Source: Candidatus Omnitrophota bacterium (lineage in GTDB: Bacteria; Omnitrophota; Gorgyraeia; Duberdicusellales; Duberdicusellaceae). Taken from it: 64,000 nt of DNA. The stretch is from assembly GCA_016932855.1 (NCBI GenBank), contig JAFGCB010000030.1, positions 475-64,474 of the forward strand. Reading direction: 5' to 3'. A program made the translations under genes and the position numbers. Shown here piece after piece: positions 10,349 through 17,465 of this stretch; position 1 is the stretch's first letter, and each line of letters starts with the position of its first letter. Under the pieces are notes generated by a model that was not told the DNA's origin, made no database searches, and saw only the letters and a list, made by a program, of their open reading frames with translations.

Positions 10349-11101
10349 TTAAGAAGTTTTCGTAATATTAAACCTAGCAGAGTTAGGCATTTTTTTCAAG
10401 CGGGCGTCCAATTTTAAAAATATACCCTTAAGCATTTCCGCTTCTTTCTTAGAAAGGTGCGTCCGCCTAAATATCTTCTTTATGGAACTAATGATCCTTT
10501 TCGACCGAGGAATGCCATCTCCCCCATAACCTATTCTGGCCAGAAGCTGCTCAATGTATTCGTATAGTTTTTCGATTTCTTTCTTGCGAGCATAGGGCAA
10601 AATTGGAATCTGGTAAATGCTCTTGGCAAAACAAAAAAGCTCGTAACAAAAAATACCCGCGGCAAAGGATAGGTTTAAAGAAGGAAATTCCTCAGAGGAA
10701 GGAATACGAAATACGACATCTGAGGCCTCAATTTCATCTCTGGAAAGCCCTAAGTCTTCTCGGCCGAAAAGCACTGCTATCTTTGAATTCTTGGCCAGCG
10801 AGAAGATAACCGGAAGTAAAGCTTTAAGATCGTATACCGAAGAATCTTTCCTTGTCCGCCTGGTGCTTGCCAGAACAAAATCAAAAGAGGAAAGAGCCTC
10901 TTTTAACGAAGAGTAGACCTTGGCGGTCTGGACAATATCACGGGCGCGCTTGGAAACTTCAAAAGCCTTCTTAAGATCAGGGGAATTAACCAGTCTTAAG
11001 TCCTTAAAAGACATATTTTTCATTATTCGTGCCGTAAAACCGATATTTTCGGGAATCTGGCAGGATACAAGGACTACTGCGATGTTCTTAAGGCAGTCCA
11101 T
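10349..11101 (-). CDS. trmJ: TrmJ/LasT-family SPOUT tRNA methyltransferase
   Basis: PENIGFTARIMKN, FGREDLGL, PSLNLS. Confidence 0.85.
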   Translation of the reverse strand: MDCLKNIAVVLVSCQIPENIGFTARIMKNMSFKDLRLVNSPDLKKAFEVSKRARDIVQTAKVYSSLKEALSSFDFVLASTRRTRKDSSVYDLKALLPVIFSLAKNSKIAVLFGREDLGLSRDEIEASDVVFRIPSSEEFPSLNLSFAAGIFCYELFCFAKSIYQIPILPYARKKEIEKLYEYIEQLLARIGYGGDGIPRSKRIISSIKKIFRRTHLSKKEAEMLKGIFLKLDARLKKMPNSARFNITKTS

Positions 11102-11111
11102 AAAAAATTAG

Positions 11112-11342
11112 CTACCTTAAATTTATGGTAACATCCCAGGACTTGAGGTAATCAAATAGCTTGGCGAGCTGCGCTTCTTCTCCTTCAAAAGTAACTATTG
11201 CCCATCCCATTTCCGTAGAAAAGGAAGCTTCCAGAATATTCGGAATAATGTCGAAATTCTTTATTATATAGTAAAACACCGGCTCCTCTTTTAATTTCCC
11301 CGGAAAAGTAAGCTCCACTTCTACAGCTTTCCTTTTAGTCAT
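11112..11342 (-). CDS. Stand-alone NIL domain protein
   Basis: LTFP...EEPV...NILEA pattern; GGAGG SD upstream of MTKRK. Confidence 0.75.
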   Translation of the reverse strand: MTKRKAVEVELTFPGKLKEEPVFYYIIKNFDIIPNILEASFSTEMGWAIVTFEGEEAQLAKLFDYLKSWDVTINLR

Positions 11343-11482
11343 TTTACCTCCTCTGTTAGAAAATAAAAATGCGCTCTTTTTTCGAAGCTTTAAGCCTGGC
11401 AATGCATTCGGTTTCTTCCTCTAGTTAAATATTAGCATAAAAACAGGGGCATTGCCACTCGATTTTGCCATAGCCCCTTAAA

Positions 11483-12637
11483 TCATAATCCCAATAAAAG
11501 AAAAACTCCTAAGGCCGCGAATAAAACTGCCATGCAAATTCTGATAAATCCGAATTTCTTTTTAAGAAAGGCGGAAAATTCCGGAGAACTTACGCCCCAC
11601 AAAGCAAAAAGAAAAACAACAATAAGAGGTATTATGAACATTAAATTATATAAAATAAGATATAACAAAGCCCGTATTCTTAAATAAGGAGACCTTAGAA
11701 CAAAAGTTATTATCGGCAAATAGACTTGCCCGGTACATACCGCTTCAAGGACAGAAACGGCAAGACCCACGCTTAAAGCGCCTATAATCAAAGAGAAAAC
11801 CTTTCTTCGGACCTGTTTTCTTTCCCTAAATTCATCACCGATAACTTTATGGATCTTAAGCTTAATAAACTTAGGGAGCTGAAGGAGCGATTCAGAAGGG
11901 TTGCCGCTTTTTCTAAATCTCATATAATCGTATAGAGAAAAAAGGCTTAAACAAAAACAGAATATGGCTATCGACAGATAAAAAATCTTCATGGCCATAT
12001 AGAAGTATCGCATACTATACAAAAACTTAAACAACCCCAGGCCGATAAGAAGGTAAGCGACGAATACAGCCAGCACATAACAGAGGCCTATGATTACGAC
12101 ATCCCGCTTTTCGTATTTATAGCAGGCAAGAAAAGACATAAAGAATACGATAACAGCAAAGGCACAGGGATTAATCCCGTCTAAAAGCCCGGCCCCGATT
12201 ATAGTCAAAACAGAAAAGGCTTTAAACTTTTCCTCAACGAAATTCCTTTCGGAAGCAGCCTCCTTGACTGAAGGCAAATTTTTAGATAGACACCGATATA
12301 TCAATAAATCGGCCTTCGCGATTATCTCGTCTCTACCGACAATTAAGTTATCCGCGAAAAACATGGTTGGAATAAGCGGTTTTTCCTTATCGTACATAGA
12401 ACCTATGGCAATAAGCTTATTTAAATTATCCTCGTTATGCGTATCTAAATATATAATATTAATTTTATCTTTATATTTTTCTTTAAGATTAGGCAAGAAT
12501 TCCTCTTTAATCGTCATGCAGGCCTTACAGTGCTGCGAATGAAAAAAAAGAATATCCAGGCTGTCTTTCTCCTGCGCATAGCCAGTAAAACAAATAACTA
12601 TGAAAGCCAAAAAAGTCAAAATCTTCCCGTAATTCAT
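11483..12637 (-). CDS. Thioredoxin-like domain fused to a CcdA/DsbD-type membrane domain
   Basis: Signal peptide, CKAC, membrane Cys motifs DGINPCAF and EAVCTGQVY. Confidence 0.8.
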   Translation of the reverse strand: MNYGKILTFLAFIVICFTGYAQEKDSLDILFFHSQHCKACMTIKEEFLPNLKEKYKDKINIIYLDTHNEDNLNKLIAIGSMYDKEKPLIPTMFFADNLIVGRDEIIAKADLLIYRCLSKNLPSVKEAASERNFVEEKFKAFSVLTIIGAGLLDGINPCAFAVIVFFMSFLACYKYEKRDVVIIGLCYVLAVFVAYLLIGLGLFKFLYSMRYFYMAMKIFYLSIAIFCFCLSLFSLYDYMRFRKSGNPSESLLQLPKFIKLKIHKVIGDEFRERKQVRRKVFSLIIGALSVGLAVSVLEAVCTGQVYLPIITFVLRSPYLRIRALLYLILYNLMFIIPLIVVFLFALWGVSSPEFSAFLKKKFGFIRICMAVLFAALGVFLLLGL

Positions 12638-12799
12638 AAACTTTCCTGTTTTTCTTTATTTTTCAAAGTATACTATTTCTAAAAACTTATGTCAAATCAA
12701 ATACACGCATAAAATATCCTTGATAGTTAACGGAAACTGATTAAAATAAATAAGGACATTAAAAAGGGAACGTTTCTATTTATTAAATGTTAAACCTTT

Positions 12800-13369
12800 A
12801 TGAAAGACTCAGAAATCATAAGGCGCTGCATCAAAAAAAATAAAAAAGCATGGGTTTTATTTATCCAGAAATATTCCCGGCTCATATATTGGGCAATAAC
12901 TAAACGGCTGTCAATAAGCGGCTTTAAGCTTAATCAAGCTGACATTGAGGATATTTTCCAAGAAGTGCTGCTAACAATCCTCAAAGGCGATAAACTCCTT
13001 CAGTTAAAAGACATAAAATTTCTTCCTGGCTGGCTATCGATGGTGGCTTCAAATAAAACGGTTGACTATATGCGGGATAAAGAATATCGGAAGCAAAATT
13101 TAATTGTTGATATCCCGGAATTCAAAGACTATAGTTTTGAACAAGAACTCTTAACCAGAGACAAAATCACTGTAATAAAAAATATAATTGACACTTTACC
13201 CGATAAAGAAAAAATTATTATCTGCCTCAATATCCTAGAAGAAAAAACCCATAAAGAGATCGCGCAAATAATGGGCATGCCTATTAATACTGTCTCAACC
13301 ATAGTTGCCCGAACCAAGGAAAAAATTAAGAAAAAACTGGAAAAAACAGATTCAGGATATGTATTCTAA
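12800..13369 (+). CDS. ECF-type RNA polymerase sigma factor
   Basis: Region 2 (DIEDIFQEV, WLSMVASNKTVDYMR) and region 4 (THKEIAQIMGMPINTVST) in 189 aa. Confidence 0.93.
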   Translation: MKDSEIIRRCIKKNKKAWVLFIQKYSRLIYWAITKRLSISGFKLNQADIEDIFQEVLLTILKGDKLLQLKDIKFLPGWLSMVASNKTVDYMRDKEYRKQNLIVDIPEFKDYSFEQELLTRDKITVIKNIIDTLPDKEKIIICLNILEEKTHKEIAQIMGMPINTVSTIVARTKEKIKKKLEKTDSGYVF

Positions 13370-13373
13370 AAAC

Positions 13374-13402
13374 TTGAAAGAAAACAGAGATTTGTTCCGT
13401 CT
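13374..13402 (+). promoter_or_regulatory. Putative ECF promoter upstream of the anti-sigma gene
   Basis: TTGAAAGAA-N15-CGTCT; identical boxes and spacing at 17192-17220 on the minus strand. Confidence 0.7.
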
Positions 13403-13419
13403 ATTAATTGGAGAAAGAA

Positions 13420-13968
13420 ATGGATAAAATTGAAAAAATAATTAAAGAGTATCTGGAAAAGGATCTGATATCAGGCAGTGGCGGTAAAACCGATGACTGC
13501 CTTAACGAACAGGATCTAATAAAATATCTAAAGGGGATAATTAGTGACGAAACTAGAGGCTCAGATGAACATCATATCGCGAGTTGCGGTTTCTGCTTGA
13601 GCCAGCTTAGCATCGCTTTTGAATCTCAGCTAATAAACAAAAAAGAGCTTCAGCCAGTGCCTCAAGAATTGCTCGATAAAGTGGAATACCGGCTAGGCAT
13701 CGGAAAATATGAAAAAAACAAAGAAATTCATAAGACAAAAAAAATGAAAAAGATATTCTTTCTTGCCGGCACAATTTTTTTCTTCGGCCTATCCTTTGTT
13801 GTTCCTAGATATTTTATTCAGTTCTTAGTAGCCGCCCTTATCCTGGGTATACGCTGGTCCCTTGAAAGCGAAAGCGGTAAAACCCTTATTATGATCATTG
13901 ACTCTTGGCGCCGCCACTCCAGCGATAAGGATGATGACATTTCCCGCCGCCTAAAAAACCGTCTCTAA
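13420..13968 (+). CDS. Zinc-binding (ZAS) membrane anti-sigma factor
   Basis: HIASCGFC = HxxxCxxC, directly after the ECF gene, two hydrophobic segments; ATG at 13420. Confidence 0.8.
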   Translation: MDKIEKIIKEYLEKDLISGSGGKTDDCLNEQDLIKYLKGIISDETRGSDEHHIASCGFCLSQLSIAFESQLINKKELQPVPQELLDKVEYRLGIGKYEKNKEIHKTKKMKKIFFLAGTIFFFGLSFVVPRYFIQFLVAALILGIRWSLESESGKTLIMIIDSWRRHSSDKDDDISRRLKNRL

Positions 13969-14085
13969 GCTAAGATTATCTTTTGTATTTATTTGCACGG
14001 CCTTCCACGCTTGCATCTAAGGTTGCTTATTGCAAATTTTTCTTCCCTATCACAAATAAACCCATCGCAACCGAGAAATCGTAAA

Positions 14086-14457
14086 TCAAAGTGTCACGCC
14101 CTGGTAATGTGCAAGACGCCTTATTTTTTTATTTTTTTCAAGCACAATACATACGGCATCTATTCTATAATCAATTTCATATCTTTTCTGAATCATATAA
14201 GCCGTGGCGCCTCGAATGAGTTTATTTATTTTGTTATGATTGAGTGATTCCTCGGGAATGCCGAATTCTTCTTTCGTCTTTGTCCTTACTTCAATAAATA
14301 CCAAAGTCTTTCTATCACGAGCAATCAAATCAATTTCAGTGTATTTTGTCTTGTAATTCCTTTCGATTATTTTATAACCTTTCTTCTGTAAATATCTCTT
14401 AGCTATATCTTCTCCCAAATAACCGATCGCTAAATTTTCCGATTTCATAGAAAACAT
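14086..14457 (-). CDS. yraN: YraN-family nuclease
   Basis: GEDIA..YL...GY.IIERNY, EIDLIA, VFIEVRTK, RIDAV. Confidence 0.92.
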   Translation of the reverse strand: MFSMKSENLAIGYLGEDIAKRYLQKKGYKIIERNYKTKYTEIDLIARDRKTLVFIEVRTKTKEEFGIPEESLNHNKINKLIRGATAYMIQKRYEIDYRIDAVCIVLEKNKKIRRLAHYQGVTL

Positions 14458-14480
14458 TGTCGATTAAATAAAAACAAAAA

Positions 14481-14536
14481 CATCGATAAATAGAAGCGCC
14501 CCTTTTTTCATCGATAAACAGAAGCATCCCTTTTTT
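14481..14536. repeat. Tandem 28-bp duplication of a REP-like unit overlapping the comM 3' end
   Basis: catcgataaatagaagcgcccctttttt / catcgataaacagaagcatccctttttt; related units at 12761-12784 and 17237-17287. Confidence 0.75.
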
Positions 14537-16058
14537 CTAGGGAACAATACTGCAGGGCTTCAGCCATATGCGAAATTTCTATCTCTTCGGTGCCTTCCAG
14601 ATCAGCGATGGAACGCGAAATTTTTATCATTTTAAAATAAGAACGCGCGGATAAATTAAACCTGACGCCGGCCTTAAAAAGAAGCTGATCCACCTCTTTC
14701 GAAAGACCACAGTATTTCTTAATATGTTTATTACGCATCTCGGAATTAGTGTAAATTGTTTCTTTCTTAAAGCGGCTTTCTTGCATCTTTCTGGCTTTAA
14801 TTATCCTCTGCCTTATCGTCTCCGATGATTCTAAAGATTCCTTTATTCGCTTTTCTTGAGAAAGTGCTCTAAAGTCCGCTACGGGCACTTCGACACAGAG
14901 ATCAATACGGTCTAAAACAGGACCGGAAATTCGTTTTTTATACTTCTCTATCTCCCGCTGAGTACAAACGCAGGCCTTTTTAGGATGATATAAATAACCG
15001 CAGGGGCAGGGGTTGGCTGAAGCAATAAGAATAAATTGAGACGGAAAAGTAGCTCTTTGTTTGCTCCTGCAAATAGTAATGCAACCGTCCTCTAGGGGCT
15101 GACGTAATGCCTCTAATGCTAGACGGGGAAATTCATTGAATTCATCCAAGAATAACACCCCCCGATGAGCTAAACTTATCTCGCCGGGCTTTAACTTGCT
15201 GCCTCCGCCAATAAGACCGACAGAAGAAATTGTATGATGCGGTGCGCGAAAAGGCCGGGCCTTGATAAGAGAACCCTCGGGCCGAATAAGTCCGGAAGCA
15301 GAATAAACCTTGGTTACTTCAAGCGATTCCTCTTCGGTCAACAAAGGCAGAATCCCCGGAAATGCCCGCGCCAGCATTGTTTTGCCCGATCCGGGACTAC
15401 CGACCATAAAAATATTATGGCCTCCAGCAGCAGCAATCTCCATTGCTCGCTTTGTCTGCTCTTGGCCTAGGACTTCCGACATATCAAATTCAGCCCGAGA
15501 AGCCTTTGGCCGGCTGTGGATCTCATTATAAACCACTGGTTCAAAGCGTAGTTGGCCGCAAAAAAACGGTAATAATTGACTTATGTTCTCTACGGGATAA
15601 ACATTAACTCCTTTAATAATAGCCGCTTCATTAGCTGAAGGCTTAGGAACAAACACATTTTTTATTCCTTTTTCTTTGGCAAACAATGCCAACAATAAAG
15701 CGCCTTTTGTATGACGTAAGGTTCCATCCAAAGAAAGTTCACCGAAAAACAGGCTTTTCTCAGGCGGCTGACAGCCAAGTATCGCTGCTACAATGCCTAC
15801 GGCTATAGGCAGATCGTAAAAAGCCCCTTCTTTAGGAACATCAGCGGGGGCCAAATTGATCACGATTCTTTTAGTGGGAAATTGAATGCGGGAATTTGAA
15901 ATAGCTGTTCTTACTCTTTCTTTGCTTTCGGCAACGGCCTTACTAGGTAAACCAACTATCTCAAAGGCTGGAAGTCCCCTGTTGGCCACATTTACTTCAA
16001 CTTCCATTGCTAAAGTATGCAGGCCTAAATTAAGCGCTGAAGCGACTTTTACTAACAT
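14508..16058 (-). CDS. comM: ComM/YifB Mg-chelatase-like AAA+ helicase
   Basis: INLAPAD, GSPGSGKTMLA, RPFRAPHH, PGEISLAHRGVLFLDE, NPCPCG. Confidence 0.95.
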   Translation of the reverse strand: MLVKVASALNLGLHTLAMEVEVNVANRGLPAFEIVGLPSKAVAESKERVRTAISNSRIQFPTKRIVINLAPADVPKEGAFYDLPIAVGIVAAILGCQPPEKSLFFGELSLDGTLRHTKGALLLALFAKEKGIKNVFVPKPSANEAAIIKGVNVYPVENISQLLPFFCGQLRFEPVVYNEIHSRPKASRAEFDMSEVLGQEQTKRAMEIAAAGGHNIFMVGSPGSGKTMLARAFPGILPLLTEEESLEVTKVYSASGLIRPEGSLIKARPFRAPHHTISSVGLIGGGSKLKPGEISLAHRGVLFLDEFNEFPRLALEALRQPLEDGCITICRSKQRATFPSQFILIASANPCPCGYLYHPKKACVCTQREIEKYKKRISGPVLDRIDLCVEVPVADFRALSQEKRIKESLESSETIRQRIIKARKMQESRFKKETIYTNSEMRNKHIKKYCGLSKEVDQLLFKAGVRFNLSARSYFKMIKISRSIADLEGTEEIEISHMAEALQYCSLEKRDASVYR

Positions 16059-16905
16059 AGTATTTTCCTGACTCTTCTTCTACTAAGCCTTTTAGCAACA
16101 TAAATGAAATAACTGTTCCCAGTTTAGAAGCGGAGATTTTTGTCAAGCGGCATAAAGCATCAAATTCTTTAGGCTCTTGCCTTAATTTCTTTAAAATATC
16201 TTTCTCTAGCTCACTTAAATTTGATTCTAAGAAAGGATTTGCCGAATCCTTTGATCTACTCAAACCATAATATCCTAGAACATCATCTGGATCAGCCACT
16301 AAGCTAGCCCCTTCTTTAATTAACTGCGAAGTTGCCTGGGAAAGCGAGCTAGTAAGAGGACCGGGAACCGCAAAGAGTTTACGTTTAAATTTCTTGGCAA
16401 ACTCCGCGGTAATTAAAGTGCCGCTTTTACTGCTGCCTTCGATAACCAAGGTCGCTTGCGATAAACCGGCTACTATCCGGTTGCGCTTAGGATAAGTCCA
16501 GCGCGCGGGAGGAAAATTTCTTTCAAATTCAGAAATAATCAGGCTGCCTTCTGCTATTATCTGCTCATAAAGGTCTTTCTGGTGTCCGGGATGAATAAGG
16601 TCAATGCCGCAAGGCATTACTGCAATGGTTTTACCTCCTACTGAAAGCGCTGCTTTATGCGCTTGGGCATCGACCCCATACATAAATCCGGAAACAATAG
16701 TTATACCGCTCAAGGCTATTTTTGATACCAATTCATTTGTTATCTGTTTACCATAAACAGTCATACGCCTTGACCCAACAACCGCCAGGCAGTTATTAAA
16801 AAGATTGGCATCCCAACTACCTTTGCAGTAAAGTTTTTCAGGCGGATCATTAATCTGCCTTAACAAGCAAGGGTATTCTAAGCTTTTAATTTCAACTATC
16901 TTCAT
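16030..16905 (-). CDS. dprA: DNA-processing protein DprA
   Basis: AVVGSR, VSGFMYGVDAQAH, RNRIVAGLS, SGTLITA, C-terminal winged helix. Confidence 0.95.
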   Translation of the reverse strand: MKIVEIKSLEYPCLLRQINDPPEKLYCKGSWDANLFNNCLAVVGSRRMTVYGKQITNELVSKIALSGITIVSGFMYGVDAQAHKAALSVGGKTIAVMPCGIDLIHPGHQKDLYEQIIAEGSLIISEFERNFPPARWTYPKRNRIVAGLSQATLVIEGSSKSGTLITAEFAKKFKRKLFAVPGPLTSSLSQATSQLIKEGASLVADPDDVLGYYGLSRSKDSANPFLESNLSELEKDILKKLRQEPKEFDALCRLTKISASKLGTVISFMLLKGLVEEESGKYYVSKSRFSA

Positions 16906-17149
16906 AAGCAGATAATACTGCCCTATTAAGCGCCTGCCGGGCTGAGGCCGTCAAAGGAAAGGCGCTGTTATACCATTTACCATCCTTGCCCGACTCGCGG
17001 GGAACTCCAACAAATAATCCTTTTTTACCATTCACAACCCTAAAACCCTTTACCAAAAATTGATCGGCAATGGAAATGTCACATATAGCCTTTGTTGCCC
17101 CCTCGCCATCAAACTTGTAAATCCTGGTAACTCTAAGATCTAAATCCAT
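16892..17149 (-). CDS. spoVG: SpoVG-family nucleic-acid-binding protein
   Basis: KAICDISIADQFLVKGFRVVNGKKGLFVGVP...GKWY...P; GGAGGTG SD before ATG at 17149. Confidence 0.85.
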   Translation of the reverse strand: MDLDLRVTRIYKFDGEGATKAICDISIADQFLVKGFRVVNGKKGLFVGVPRESGKDGKWYNSAFPLTASARQALNRAVLSAYEDS

Positions 17150-17191
17150 CTCTATCACCTCCTCTATATTTAAATCGCTTTCTTTCATATA

Positions 17192-17220
17192 AGACGCGCC
17201 TATAGTCAAAATTCTTTCAA
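17192..17220 (-). promoter_or_regulatory. Putative ECF promoter of the spoVG-dprA-comM-yraN operon
   Basis: Minus strand TTGAAAGAA-ttttgactataggcg-CGTCT, about 40 nt upstream of the spoVG ATG. Confidence 0.7.
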
Positions 17221-17236
17221 AAAATTTTATTATATT

Positions 17237-17425
17237 AAAAAAGGGACGCTTCTATTCTTCAGAAATAAATAGAAACATCACTTTTTCTACTTAAATATCT
17301 AGCATCTCTTAACCCGACGCCCCATGCGCGATACCCGAAACCCGAAACCACGCAGTACTCGGTACGCAGTACGCGGTACGCAACATGTAAACTTGTGACT
17401 TTGTGTCTGTGTGACGGTGTGACTT
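17237..17425. repeat. Pile-up of a REP-like doublet and three short tandem arrays
   Basis: AAAAAAGGGACGCTTCTATT...AATAGAAACATCACTTTTT, then CCCGAAA-type, GTACGCR-type and TGTGACT-type units. Confidence 0.8.
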
Positions 17426-17465
17426 TTTTACTTGATAGTTGAGGAAAAATGCATAGAATAAATGT

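Noticed and set aside
12761-17287. Prophage or integrative element
   Set aside because: No integrase, transposase, tRNA target or att-like direct repeats seen
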